This document shows positions 11,691-25,785 of a stretch of 64,000 nucleotides of DNA, in pieces. Source of the stretch: Mobula hypostoma (taxonomy: Eukaryota). The stretch's first letter is position 1, and each line of letters opens with the position of its first letter. The notes below the pieces were generated by a model. The model had not been told where the DNA came from. It searched no databases and was given only the letters and a program-made list of their open reading frames with translations. The stretch covers positions 6,636,001-6,700,000 of the forward strand of contig NC_086109.1 of NCBI RefSeq assembly GCF_963921235.1, given 5' to 3'. The translations under genes were made by a program, and so were the position numbers.

Positions 11691-13588
11691 GTCACATGGT
11701 TATTAGTTCCATATAAGAACTCTGTATTTTATTTCCCCTAAAAAAGGTGCAGGGAGGATTATTAGTCTGTTTTAAATCCTTTGCCCAACTGCTTGGTGTT
11801 TTACTTTAAAGTGAAGCCTATTCTCAGTTAACCTTATCTGATCAGTAATAATCAAATATCTAAGAACAAATATAAATTTATCACAGAAAAAAAGTGAAAA
11901 GCCACAAATGAAATGTTATTAAAATACCAAAAATGATATGTTTATATGTATGATTTGTCACATGTACATCAAAGCATAGTGAAAGGTGTTGCATCAATTG
12001 TGCTCTGCGACCTGAGTGTCACCACACTTCCAGCACTAATAAAGCATAACCACAATTGTTATAAAGATTAAAATGGTATGGTTATAAGATTAGCTGTTTG
12101 TACACTCCTTGTTATTTGCAGCATTTGTATATAATCAGTACCAATAACCAACAACTATTAAAAATGTTATCTCTATACATTAAGTTTTGAATTCTTTGGA
12201 GCTCTCCTTCCGAGCCTCCGAACGTATTCAGTTTCCTTCTGCTCACGTTACCCTGTTCTACATATCTCTCAACCGTTTTACTGCTCCCTACTAACTCAAT
12301 GTCCTGTTATTTAACAAACTCTATGCATCTGCTCTCTAAAGATACAATGAGAAAATCTTAGTGCACTCTCTCATATCAGGGAATGTCTTCAATTTGCAGC
12401 ATAATGTCTGAACAAAAAGCCTCTTCAAAATATGCCAAGTGATCCTAGCTCCAATCAGGTTATTAATTCAGATCATTTAATGAATAATGAACTAGATATT
12501 AAACACCTGGTTAAAAAAGGGCTGAAGTTAAGAAATTCATTGACTATTATTTTCCAACAGCACATATAGGAACTCTAGTATTAGAGGATGACACAGTCAC
12601 TATGATTTCCTGATCAAAATGCACCTTGAATATTGTATAGGCAACTGCCAATTGTGATACCCCTTATGCAAATAAAACATATTTGCATCAGGCATAATTA
12701 GGATGTCATCCTTGTGCACTGATCCTTTACAGTGGCTGCAAGAATTTAGGCCACACTTTTTGAGGTAAACAAGCTACTGAATTACAGGAAGTAGTTGGGC
12801 AGGTTAGCACTTCATTCCTTGGAATGAAGTTATCCAGGGGGTGATTTTATAGAAATCATTAAAATTACGAAGGGCAGTCTTTTCCCGGAGAAGAGAATCA
12901 AAAACTAGAGAGCTGAAAGGTGAAAGATTTAAAAGTGACCCAAGGAGTCATTTCCTCATGTAGAACGTGATGCATAAATGGAATGAGCTGCCAGAGGAAG
13001 TGGTTGAAACAGGTATAACAACAATATTTAAAATACAGTTTGACAGGTACATATATAGGAAAGGTTTAAAGGGATTTAGGCCAAACAGGACGAGATTAAA
13101 TGGATAACTTGGATGGCATGGATGAGTTGGACTAAAGGATCTAATTCCATGCTGCACTGCTGTATGACTCTATCTGCAGTCTCTTGTGTCTTTCATAGCT
13201 CTGGGATGCCCATTAACAGGTCAGAGTCATACAGCAAAGAAAAAGACCTTTTGGGTCAATTGTTCATGCCAACCAAGATGCCTATCCAATCTAATCCCAT
13301 TTACCAACATTTGAACTCTAACGTTCAAAACCTTTCCTATCCACATACCTGTCCAACTGTATTTTAAAAATTATTATTAAAGCTTCTTCAGCATCTTCCT
13401 TGGGAAGCTCAGTCCACATATAGACCACACACTGTGTAAAAAAAACCCCAGAATTTTCTATTAAATCTCTCCCCTCTCACTTTAATTCCCCAAGCATACA
13501 AACCCTATCTATGCCCCCAATGGCACTATTATACACCTATGTAAGATTGCTTAAGTTTTCTACATTCCAAAGGAAAAATGTTTTATCC

Positions 13589-13669
13589 CAGGGGTTCCCA
13601 ACCTGGGGTCCACGGACCCTTTGCTTAATGGTATTGGTCCATGGTATAAAAAAAGGTTGGGAACCCCTG
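13589..13669. mobile_element. 81-bp hAT/Charlie-like MITE
   Basis: TIR CAGGGGTTCCCAACC...GGTTGGGAACCCCTG; degenerate 8-bp TSD TTTTATCC/CTCTAGCC. Confidence 0.75.
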
Positions 13670-13779
13670 CTCTAGCCTGTTCAACCTCTGTCCATATTTC
13701 AGTCCTTCTGAGTTCTGGCAACATCCTTGAAAATCTTTTCTACACTCTTTCCAGTTTAATAACATCTTTCCTATAGGAA

Positions 13780-14090
13780 GATGTCCAAGCAACAAATAGC
13801 GTGCTAGGGAACTCAGCTGGTCACACAGCGTCTGTGGTAGAGGGAAGGGACTGGACAAGGAGAGGCAGGCTGGGAGGATGGAGGTATGAGGAGACCAATT
13901 TAGTAGGGTAAGAGCAGGCAGAAACAATGGACCTAACCAGGACAGTCCTGTTGTGGATCTTGAATAAGAGATAAGGATTGAGGCTCTTTATCAGATAGGA
14001 GGATATGGAGGGGAGATCTCTCCTGAGATCTGCAACTGTGCGGGAGATGATGGCCTTGGGTTTGTTGGTGGGGTCACTGTCCAGGGGTAA
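13780..14090 (-). mobile_element. Penelope-like element RT fragment
   Basis: Translation ...YLLFKIH...RSIVSACSYPTKLVSSYL...LVQSLPS resembles the PLE RT LPKIHK/RPIVS motifs. Confidence 0.65.
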
Positions 14091-15379
14091 TTTTGAATAC
14101 TCCAAATGCAGCCTCATCAACATCTTGTAGAACGCAACATCGCAAATTTTATAATTTATACCCTGAATGCTGAAAGCCAGCATGCCAAAAGCCTTGGTCA
14201 CCAATTCTACCTGTGACTCCACTTTCATGAAGCCATGTATCTGAACTCCAAAGGTCCGCTGGTTCTACAAAGCTCTCCAGGGTCCGACCATTCAATGTGA
14301 AAATTCTATCTTGATTTGGCTTTCCAAAATGCCTAAAGATAAATAAATACCTAAACAGAAATAGGTACATTGGTTTATCACTGTCATATGCACCAAGTGG
14401 AAAACTAACACATACCATTGATACAGATCAATTCATTACAACAGTGCATTGCAATGGTATGTTGCACTGCAGGTAGGGTGTGATTTATGCCAACGATCGG
14501 GGTTCAATTCCCACCACTGTCTGTAAGGAGTTTGTACATTCCCCCGTGATCAAGTGGGTTTCCTCCCAAAGACAATGGCTAGGATTTCTAAGTTGTGATC
14601 GGCACCAGAAGCATGGCAACATTTGCGGGCTGCCCCCAGTGCACCCTGGGACTGTGTTGGTCATTGACACAAACACTGCAGTTCACTGTTTCGTTATTAC
14701 TGTGACAAATAAAGCTAATTTTAAGTATTGTTCCTGCCCTGCAGAAACATGCCTCTTAATTTTCCTCTCTCTAATACAATCATAACCCTCCTGCCATCTA
14801 GAACCTTTTCCAAGAGGGTGACCGTTTTTGCAGCATCACATCACTAAAGACCCTCACCATCCAGGACATGCCCTCTTCTCATCACTACCATCCGGGAGGA
14901 GGTACAGGAGCCTGAAGACCCACACTTCAAACTCAATGTTTTAAGAACAGCTTCTTCCCCTCCCCCATCAGATATACAATACCTCATTATTTTAAAAAAA
15001 ACTTTTTCCAACTCATGGTAATGTATGTCTTTGCATTGTACTGATACCGCAAAACAAGAAATTACACGTCGTATGTCAATTATAATAAACCTGCTTCTGA
15101 TTCCGAGTAAAGGTTTCATCGTTCTTCAGGCTCGCTAACAACACTGTTTCTTGACTAACTATGTCCCCTTCTATTTCCACAATTGTTTTGGACCCTAGGT
15201 TCTACGGTATATTTGACAGGCAGAGAACCTCCAACAACCCGCCGCGACTCCAGGGAAAGGATTCATCAGGGCATGACATCTTTTGGAACTGAAGCAACGT
15301 TATCGTGCGGTGACTTTTCACCGATCCTAATCCCTGCCCCTTTGACTCCGTGATGTGAAAATTCGGGCTTTCTCATGAA

Positions 15380-15760
15380 TGTCACTATTTACTCCGCAGG
15401 ATAATGCGTCCCTCCCGAAGGGCGCTTTCGCTACTCACTCTACCCCAGCGACTAACGAGCACCCACTTCACCACTTCCACTCCACCTGCCCAGCGGACAA
15501 CCACCGCCCCACCCCGCCAAAACGCAGCGCCTGCGCAGTGCCAGGAGCGCTGCCACGTGACCGCACCGCGCCAATCAGGGCGCGGGCTGTGCTGGTCGTG
15601 CCGTGCCGCGCCCCCCTTCTGCCTTCTGGGGCCGGGAGCTGCGGCTGGCCAGGGGAGAGGGGCGTGGATGTGATCCGCTTTTGAGCTCCCTTCCTTTTGG
15701 ATGTCCAGTTTCCCGAGAGAGTCGTTGGCGAAGCTCCGTGGATGCTGACGGCAGTCCTGT
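15380..15760. promoter_or_regulatory. CpG-island promoter with GC box, NRF1-like site, E-box and CCAAT box
   Basis: High CpG density. CCGCCCCACCCCGCC at 15504-15518, GCGCCTGCGCA at 15527-15537, CACGTG at 15554-15559, CCAAT at 15571-15575. Confidence 0.8.
15439..15500 (-). other. Candidate non-coding first exon (5' boundary approximate)
   Basis: Donor AGA|GTGAGT at 15439/15438 just downstream of the promoter motifs on the minus strand; no ATG. Confidence 0.45.
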
Positions 15761-15782
15761 GCATAGTCCCTCTCCCATTCTG

Positions 15783-15950
15783 CAGGTGTCACCCCTCACT
15801 GAGAGTGGCACCTCACCTCTTTACCTTCTCTAACTATTGGACAGATGTCACCCCTCGCTAACAGTGCCACCTCATTAACCTCTGTGACTATCAGACAGAT
15901 ATCACCTCTCACTAACAGCGCCACCTTACCTCCTTATCCTTTATGACCAC
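15783..15950. repeat. Degenerate tandem repeat, about 55-59 bp x3
   Basis: Repeated CAGRTRTCACC.CTC.CT.A.AG.G.CACCT units. Confidence 0.75.
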
Positions 15951-18900
15951 CCTTCTCAGAAGTTGAACATTCTGGAATGTTCATTCTGAAACCCTCCGGT
16001 TTTTACCACCTTGTACTTCTTCCTCCCCTTCCCCCACCTTCCTGCTCTGTCTTCTCATCTCTTTTTCCAAGCCTGATGAAGAGTCTCGGCCCGAAATGTT
16101 AACTGCTTACTCCTTTCCATATATGCTACTTGGCCAAGGTTTCAGGTTGGAGAAGACTGGATGATTTTGCGGCGACAGAAGTAGTATTTTCAAAGCGGGC
16201 ATTGTGATATTTTTCCATATTCTGAATTTAATTCTAACCAACCTCCAAATAACCAGTGTGCAAAACGCAACAAACTGTACAGATACAAAAGAGGAAAAAA
16301 TAAATAAATAAGCAATATCATGAACATGAGATGAAGAGTCCTTGAAAGATAAATCTATCGACTTGAATTAGAACAGAATCTTTATCATTTTAACTAATAT
16401 AACTGGACCACAAGATATTATTTGTATATAAATAGGAAGCTAATTTCCTAATCATTGATATCGCACAGATATAAAACCTTGCAAACATTTATTTATGTAC
16501 ACACGTTGATTCAGGTTGTTTGAACTTTATAACTGCCACAAGGTTGACTATCTGAGGATATAGCATAGAATTCATAGTTGTGTATTTTTATGGAGATTAT
16601 GAAGAACACATATATTAAATATATTCTTTGAAATAGTCAACTACCAATGGGAATTTTCTAAAATGCTAGCTGACATAGTATTTTAGTCACTATAAAGTCA
16701 AGTAAGGAGGATATTGCCAAAGATACTCCCAAACATGTTTACATTGTGGTTCACAATAATACTGTAAAAATGACAATTTGTTTAAATAATATGCCTGCAG
16801 ATTTCTATTTCTCAAAATGTTTAATGACAAATGCCAATAAACAAACTATCTGCTTGATAGTATTCAGTAAAATTTAAATACAAATGTTTTGTACTCTTAA
16901 TTTCATCCAGTCCACAGAATCTATGAAGGTGTATTCAGCAATTTTTTTCAACATTCTTTTATGATGGAAATATGTAATCTAAAGATAACATATTGTGATT
17001 AATACCATTGTTTTAAGGCTACATATTTTCACTGATTACCTCTGCAGCAATACAATTGAAAATTTGTTCACTGACAGTCCAGTAAGACATACATTTATAT
17101 TAAATAAAATCTCCAATGCAGATACTCTGGGGGAAGTATTTTTTAGTTACAAATAATATGAACTTGCTCTGTTCATTGTGCTTTGAATCACTCACTCCTG
17201 AAGGTTTCCCATAGAAAAATCAGATTATTCTTACTGCCTACAACTATATTTTTCATTCTATTATTGTAAATGGCATTTTTAATTACAGTCTTTAACTAAG
17301 AACAATATTTTACCCCATGCATTTAAAATTGTTCTTTTTCTTACTTTACTAGGAGTGTCATCAGGCACAACCAAACTATTTGTGGCAGTAATGTTGATAA
17401 TTATGGCAACGTCCATACCATTGGCATCTCTACAATGGGGATTACATTAACATTGACGCAGGGATGTTACTAAATGCTGTCTCTACTCAAAGATGACCGC
17501 CAATGATTGTTGTCCTGACATTTGTCCTAATCAAAATAACATAGACATTTAAAATGACTTACAAAGATCAGAGGTGAACGTAGAACAGTTTGAAACAGGA
17601 ACAGGTCATTGGCTCAATTAATGGTAGGAGTCCATGGCATAACAAAGGTTGGGAAACCCAGGTGTGAAGGTCCACCCAGCACTAAACAAGGAGCTGGATT
17701 TCACCAAGGCAAAGAGGTGTCCAGCTGATGTTAGAGTTTTCTTTCTCTTAATATCAGAGGACTAAAACTGGGATGAAAATAATGGTAAAACAGTTCCATA
17801 AAATAGTCAAGCTGTAGTGTAAGAAAGTCTGCCACACAGATTCATACCTGCCAACCCAAATGGCCCTTATTCTTTTATCAACATTTGTGGTGTTCCACAG
17901 TTCACCAGACAACATTCTAACTATATAGCTGACTACTTGTTCAACCCAATATTTATTTCCATTCACAACTTTCTTCTAAACTTTCAATGAACAATGTTTT
18001 GTGATTATTTATATTTATTTGGGATATGCTTAGATTCTCACTTGTTGGTGATGATCATACCTGGAACTTTGTGGTACAAGTGTTACTTGTGACTTTCAGA
18101 ATGCAGCCTACGACTTGCTGCCTACTGACAGAGATTGTTTAAAATGAGATGTTGACCTGAAGCTATTAACACAAAACTACAGGAAGGCTAACTAGCAGAG
18201 ACAACCTACCGTAGATGCAGCTGTGCCATTCTACAATCAATAGTTCAGGTCAAAGCATCAAGTTCCCGCCACATCAGCATAAGATATTCATAGACATCAA
18301 GATGACTCCATGAACTTCTCTGAGAGTGACTGCAGAGTCCAGCATGTGAGTGAAAGGTTCAACGATTTGTAGTGTGAAGTGTGAAGATAATGATTTACCT
18401 TGGTAATCACTGATGGTCCCTCCATTCTGTTAGTATTCTACACGCACATCCATGCTGCTTGAGTTCATTGGATACAGAAAAGACCATATTCTGACAAGAT
18501 TTCATCTGTCATTCTGAACAAATCCAATCTACTTCACCATCACTTCAACTTAATCATAAGCAAAGTAATGAAGGAAAAGTTCACTTTGCCATTCACAATC
18601 TAAAATCTTCGCACTTAATGTGCAGTTTTGTTCCTTGACCTTGACCCAAATTGCAGAAATGAACTATACAACACGAAAACGTCTACACTTTAAAAAAACT
18701 CCATCATTCTTCTAAACTCCAGCCAGTACAGGCCAAAAGCTATCAAACGTTCCTCATGCATTAGCCTTTTCATTCTTGGGATCATTCTCGTGAAGATCCA
18801 GGGATAACCTTCGGACAACACTTCAAATCCTTGCAAAACTGGGAACACTCATTTTTGAAAACCAGAAACATTGGTAATATCCTCTACAATAAGCAATATT

Positions 18901-19001
18901 TTTATCCATACTTTAAACACATGAGAAAGAATTTAAGAAGGATATAAAAGATAAAATTCAGTGTAGGAGAAAAAACTTATGAGGAATGTATTTTTACTCA
19001 C

Positions 19002-19609
19002 TTTACTTTCAGATCATTGAAGGATTTGTAAAGAACTTCATCATTCCATTCTTAAGTAGTCAGTTTATGGTTTGTATTCATGCTGGCAAATGCATAAATC
19101 AGATGGCTGCATAGAAAAGGATCAATTTGGTTAGGAAGGTAACGTCCAATTCCAGGTCTGTACTCTGCCCAGTTTGAGAAATAACAGATAAGCATAAAAT
19201 TATTGCCTAAAATAGAAATATATTTTGATCAAATATGTCAATTATTTTTTGAAGAACATTCAATATAATATTTAAGCAGTTGAAAGCAAAAATATAAGTA
19301 TTTAGAGAAAGTCAGTATTTTCCATGGCAAATAGATAAAATCTTATCAAAATTTACTTTTCTAGAATATAGTTACTTAATTTTTGATGAAAGAAATAAAA
19401 TTAGTTTTCAAAAAATACTCAAATTTTTAAAATGTTCCCTAAAAAATTTAAATACAATTCACAGTGCAAATTCTGATGAGTTGAGTTTCCTCATTCACCA
19501 CATTTTGGAAAAATGGACTATTGAGATATGAGGGTAAGTAGTAGTAAGTCTTACATTTTCCATCAATGTTATGACTTACCCAGTTGCAATTGAGATAATA
19601 TGATGAATC
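19002..19609 (-). pseudogene. CHIA-like: GH18 chitinase-like copy A, partial pseudogene (exons 19580-19609 and 19002-19206)
   Basis: 30-nt exon GFIILSQLQLG and 205-nt exon GNNFMLICYFSNWAEYRPGIGRYLPNQIDPFLCSHLIYAFASMNTNHKLTT*EWNDEVLYKSFNDLKV. In-frame TAA at 19052-19054. Splice sites intact; no exon 1 or catalytic exon recognised. Confidence 0.85.
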
Positions 19610-22600
19610 CTATTAGAAAAAAAGAAAAATGATCAGAAAATGTATTTTATTTATATTTTTCATTTAGAATGCAATGCTACAAAAACAGCTTAATGGATGC
19701 TGAGCGAAGGGAAGAAAGATTAGAAGAAGTAACCAAAGGTTTGAAAGGAACTCTCCAAAAGAAAATTGGAGCCATTTACACAAAATATTTATTCTCGAGG
19801 ATGAGAACCAAGTTGTGGAAATTTGGATAGTTGCTGGTTGTTCCTTAGCTGATACCTCCATCTTTAAGAGGTAGAATTATTTGAGTTTTTCATTTCTTGA
19901 GAGAAAAATAATAAGGAAAATTAAATAAAATAGGAAATGTGCAGACACATGAATGACACTGCTGTTTACATGAACTAATGACGACATTGTTTATTTCAAT
20001 ACTCTAATTTGAATTACAATTCTATGTTAAAGGGTTTTAAGTCACCAACTATCGTAATTCACTACATTAAAATAATGTGATTGCAGTGAAGTCTCAGGAA
20101 TTTCCCAGGCTTAAGAAACATTCCCGGTCATGAGTAAAGATTTAACAAGTTCTTATGAAAAGTCATTAAACAGAAATATAAGTCTATTTTTAACAGAGAT
20201 TCTGCATGACCTGGTGAGCATTTCTAGCATTTTCTGCTATCATTCAGATTTTTTGTGCTCTGGAGTTCTGTTTAATTCACTGTCACTCATCTTTCAGCAA
20301 TGCCTATCAATGCCAGCTCTGCTCCTGTATCTGATAGGTCTTTTGTTGCTCTTTTACCTTGTACAGCCAAAATACTTCCGGTTTTCCTTCTTCTTTTGAA
20401 CTGTATTGATGAAAACTTCCAGACTCATTTGGACAGATCTGGACAAATGAAACACAAAAGTTTCCAGCTCCAAGTAACTCCACACGATTCAAATTGACAC
20501 TCCATCCATCACATTTCAGATCTACCACAATCACGTTTGTTCAAACTATTCAGTCTTTATTCAGTTATTGTTCTCATCACATTTCTAAATTCCACATTTA
20601 ATAAATACATGAACACCCGCACGTTTTTGACTGTGCTCTGCAATACTATCCATTCATTATCTCAAAGCTATCCACTTTACCATTCATTGATAAGATGGAC
20701 ACTTGACCTCACGATCTATCTTGTTATGACTTTGTACCTTATTATCTACATGCACTGCACTTTTTCTGTAGCTATAACACTTTATTCTGCATTCTGCTAA
20801 TGTACTGTTGTAATGAATTAAACTGTATGAACAGTATGTATTCAAGCCTCTCACTGCTCTTTGGTACATGTGATAATAATAAACCTATTTATTATTCAGT
20901 GTTTCAGCAAGTTCTCACTGAATGAACGAGAAATAGTTACTACCATGTTAAAACGTGTGTAAAATGTGATGCACAATTTGTGTATTAAAATGCTGCACAC
21001 TCTATTTCATAGGGTGAGCTAATAGCAAATATTTTAAAGAATCTGTTGCTATAATTAATGTCTTCTAAGTGGTAGTTATTAAGTATGTGGAAAATGAATG
21101 GAAATTTATATCAAAGGTAATGGAATTAAATTAATCTGTAGGAAAATGAAATCCAAATCAAATGAAATCAATAGTTCTATATCTACTTAAGAAGCTGTAA
21201 TATTTCTGTTTCAGTTTACAGTGTATCTATAAAATCTTTTAATGCTAATGAAACAATGTTGCCTCTAAATTCAATGGCATAATGTTATTTTTCTCAGCAT
21301 TTAAAGCAACCATTGATTTCTTTTTCTCTCTCCTGTTAGGTAGAAATAACCATTTCAAGCTCCTTTTACAGTATCTGGAAACTTGATGGTTCTTCCAGGC
21401 ACCTTTAACTCCCTAACTTTGTTCCCCATTTTATAATTCTTTTGGAGTTATGTAGGGAGCCTGGTCTTTCCAGGATAATGTCAGAAAGGGGTAACTGTTG
21501 GGTTGTCCTTCATCCTTGCTGCCCTTGACTCCTTCCTCCTCTGGGGAGTGTAACAGGCAACAAATAGTGCCTTTGCTGACAATATCAATAATAGCTGCAG
21601 TCTGAAAATAACGTTAGAAACCCATACATTCTAAACATGCACATATTGTTTCTCCAAATGCTGACCATAGATAGCTAACTCACAAAAGGATGACCAACCG
21701 TCTACTTGTCTGTCTTTAACAAAACAGGACTTCTCATACTGTATATCCAGCTAATGTGTTTGGTAGCATAGACCAAACATATAATTGTTGCATTAACTTA
21801 CCCTGTCACTTAATTTATTGGAGCAAAGAACAATTAACAAATATTTAAGCTGCGACAGAATTTAAATTTAGATGATGTCTTTCGTTCAATATTTTTACAG
21901 ATATATTCTTAAAACATACTAACCAAACAGTCCAAACATTGTTCCAATCTTTTGATGCACTGAGCCTTTGCCGCTTTTTGCTTGATCCAGATGAGATTAC
22001 TGTGGCACCACTGGAACCTTAAAGTGTTTCCATATAACCCTAGAACATAAGCACTGATCTGATTTCACTGACAGGAATAAATTTATACACAATTTATATA
22101 TATTGACCCCCAAACCCATTAGAATTACTTGCAAGCATTCAGCTTAACGAAAAATGGTTTTATAATCCACAATATCTAAGTTTGTGACAGGAACATGAAC
22201 ACATTATCCACCAAGGATACTGGAATATAAGATAGCTTTTGCTTTTAAATCATAGATCAAACTACTTTAGAGTAAAGCCTGTCATATAGTCAATTTCTCT
22301 GATAGGTAACAAATTTAATAATTATTTCCGAACAACTGGTAATTAAAAATATAAATTTTAAAGGAAAACAAAATATTAAATGTTCTACAGATATCTATAA
22401 CAGATTAACATGCTACTTTAAATTTGTTGCTAACAGGTCATTTCCTACATTTTAAATCACATTGAAATAATTGCTATTTTATTTATTTTCTATAACAATG
22501 TAGAGTTGTAGGTACATTCTTTCCCTGTCCAATCATTTCCTATATACATCCCTGACAACACTGATACCTCCAATTTTTGATCCTGACTGTTTGCCTTCAT

Positions 22601-24169
22601 CACAGATGACTACATCCTGGAAGTCGTTCATTTCTTCCTTAAACTTTAGCACCCTCATTTGCCACACTAAACTGTTCTTATATTGGAATGTAATTTCCAT
22701 CACCTTCAAAAAAAAACCCAGAGATATAGTCCCCTACTCAGTTCACAAAAGTGATCAAACTTCCAGAACTAGTTACCTTCCTTTTCAACTTCTTTCTGAC
22801 TTTGGCCTGTACACTACTCAAATGAAGATCAAGGAACAACATCTCATTTTCTGTCAGGCAATAGTGTTTGCCAAAGAGTTAAAAACAACAATTCCTGAAC
22901 AGAATGGTTTCAGTCTGAACAAACATTTATACCTTACCACATATAAGGATGCTTAATGGTCCACTAAGTTCTCTAAAAATTGATAATAACTTAATTTGAT
23001 GTCAAAAGCTCACACATTTCACAAAACAATATTTTTAAGATGATCAAAAGGACTCAGAAAGATAGGCTAGTGGATGTTGTCCACATGTACTTCAGTAAGA
23101 TCTTGCATTGTAGGCTGGTCTGGAAGATTAAAGTGCTTGGGATCCAGGGTGAGAAAGTGAATTGGATATAAATTTGCCTTTATGATGGTAGAGGGTTCTT
23201 TTCAGACTTGAGACTTTAACCAGTGGTATATCACAGGATTAGTACCGGGTCCTTTATTGTTTGTCATACATATTGATGGTTTGACAAGAGAATATCAGTT
23301 TACAGATTTCACCAAATCTGCTGGTATGTTGGATGGTGAAGTTTACAAGGTATAAATCAACTGGGGAATGGAAGAGAATTGTAAACAAAACTTAACTTAA
23401 GACAAATAATTATAAGTTAGACTCTTGACTTCATGATCCACTTCATATGTATTTCTTTTTACATGACTGTTTTTATGCTTGCTATTTTGAATGTGCTGTA
23501 CATGTTCTGTACCTTGGCCTCAGAGGAACACTGTTTCATTCGAATGTATTCATGCATGGTTGAATGATAGTTAAACTTGAATTTGATTTGATTATGACCT
23601 TAACATCCTATTGTCTAACTGCACTGCACTTTCCCTTTAGCTATTATACTTTATTCTGTATTCTGTTGTTTTACTTTGTTCTACTTCAATGTGTTATGTA
23701 ATGAATTAATCTATCTGAACAGTGTGCAAGATAAGATTTTCACTGTACATGTGACAATAATGAATCAACAGCAATTGTGAAATGATGCAATTACAAATTC
23801 TAACCAGGCCTGGACATACAGTAAACGGCTGGACCCTGAGAAGCTTTGTTGAATAGACTTAAAGTTATTAGTCCATGGTTCCCTGAAGTATTGACAAAAG
23901 TAGATAGTGATGAAAGCATATGTTATGCTTGCCTTTGTTGGCTGAGACATTGAATATGGGAGTTGTGATGCCACATTACAGTTGAACAAATTATTGGTTA
24001 GGCTAGAGAGCAGAAAAGGGGAGGGGAGGAGAATTGAGTTTTAACGAGACGTCGAAAAGGCTAGTTGTTTTCTTTGCAATGGAGGATAAGAGGTGACCTT
24101 AATTAATAAGTTAATTGTTGTTATATTTATCCAGTTATGTTGTATGGCTCAGAATGTTGGACAATATCT

Positions 24170-24550
24170 AGTAACGTGAGGAAACGAATTGAAGCAGCAA
24201 AATGTGGTTTTTGAGGAGGATGCAAAGAATATCATGGACGAAATGAATATCTGATGAGGATGTCATGAGCAGAGCAAACACGAAAAGAGAAATAATGTAT
24301 GAGATCATGAAAAGGCAACGTAACTTCATTGGACATGTGATTAGGAAAGAGGAGTTAGAATGCACGGTAATTATGGGAAAGATTGAAGGGAAGAAAGCAA
24401 GAGGAAGACAAAGACAAATGATGATGGAGACAGCAGCCAGAGAACTGGAAATGAATACCAATGAATTGATCCACTTGACCCGAAACAGGTGTGGGCCATG
24501 GCAGTCAAAGCTCAAACTGGGCATGGCACCTGATGATGATGATGATGATT
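24170..24550 (+). mobile_element. RTE-clade LINE 3' end
   Basis: FIGHVIRKEELECTVIMGKIEGKKARGRQR motif followed by a (GAT)n tail. Confidence 0.75.
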
Positions 24551-25029
24551 GTCTATTGCAACAAGACTCTGCATGAGATCCAGATAGATAATTTCATAAA
24601 TAAGTACATTGAGGTTGTAGAAAAGGAAAAAAATACAAGTGTTACAGTCATAAAGAAGGTGCAGTGCAGGTGGATAAATATCATCCAAGGGACATGATGA
24701 GTTAGACTGAGAGACTAAAAATTAATATTTATAAGTCTATTCAAGACTTTAAGGTGGTTTATAAAATCACAAGAGGCACAAGTAAAATGAATGGTCACAG
24801 TCTCATTTCCAGGATAGGGGTAACTAGACTAGAAGTCAAACTTATGAGAATGGAAGGGTTTAAAGAGGACCTGAGGAGTAATTTTTCCCCGACACAGAGC
24901 CGTTTGTATATGGAATGAACTGCTTTGGAAATAGTTGAGTGGTATCTTTGAATTGCTGTTCAAACTCCTTTTGTGGAACGACTGAAACAGCTGAGCCAGT
25001 GTCCAATTCTATTTTAATTAATTTGCCAC

Positions 25030-25505
25030 TCAATCCTGGTCACTCCTCTTTTGCCTTGATGAGGCCACTCTAAGGGTGGAGGAGCAACACCTCATATTCT
25101 CTCTAGGCAGCCTCCAACCTGAAGGCATGAATATTGATTTTTCCTTCCTGTAATTTTTCCCTACCCCTTCCCTCTTCTTCTATCGCCCACTCTGGCCTCT
25201 TACCTCTTTTTCTCATCTGCCTATCACCTCCTCCTGGTGTCCCTCTCCTTCCCTTCCTCCCATGGTCCATTCTCCTCTCTGATCAGATTTCTTCATCTCC
25301 AGCCCTTTACCTTTCCTACCCATCTGACTTCACCAATCACCTTCTAGGTCGTCCTCCTTCACCTTCCCCCACCTCTTTATAACGGCATCTTCCCCCCTCC
25401 TTTCCAGTCCTGAAGAAGGGTCTTAGCCCAAAAAGCCGACAGCTTGTTCATTTCCATAGATGCAGCCTGACCTGCCGAGTTCCTCCGGCGTTTTGTGTGC
25501 GTTAC
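25030..25505 (+). mobile_element. Penelope-like element 3' end with degenerate hammerhead motif
   Basis: EEQHLIFSLGSLQPEGMNID remnant, pyrimidine-rich 3' UTR and the shared PLE tail. Confidence 0.75.
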
Positions 25506-25785
25506 TGTCACCAATACCAGGACATGCACAGCAAGTTCTCATGATGAGAAGGCTTGAAAGAGTGAGATAGATTGGTTGGTGGAGCTGTGTCATAATAATC
25601 TCACATCAAAGCTAGCAAGGCTAAGTAATTGATTGTGGACTTCGGGAAGGAGAAGTGGGTCAGCAGTGGAAAGGGTGAGCAGCTTCAAGTTCCTGGGCAT
25701 CAGCATCTCAGAGGATCTATCCTAATCCCAACAATCATAAAGAAGGCACACCAGCAGCTATATGTCATTAGGAGTTTGAGGAGAT

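Noticed and set aside
15379..15833. Six overlapping ORFs
   Set aside because: Expected in GC-rich CpG-island sequence; no recognisable protein
17848..18160. Exon-like minus-strand segments as the missing chitinase exon 4
   Set aside because: No convincing LKTLL..GGWNFG motif; one candidate contains a stop
20358..20438. 81-nt AG/GT-bounded open segment upstream of chitinase copy A
   Set aside because: No homology to a signal-peptide exon, and its phase does not clearly fit
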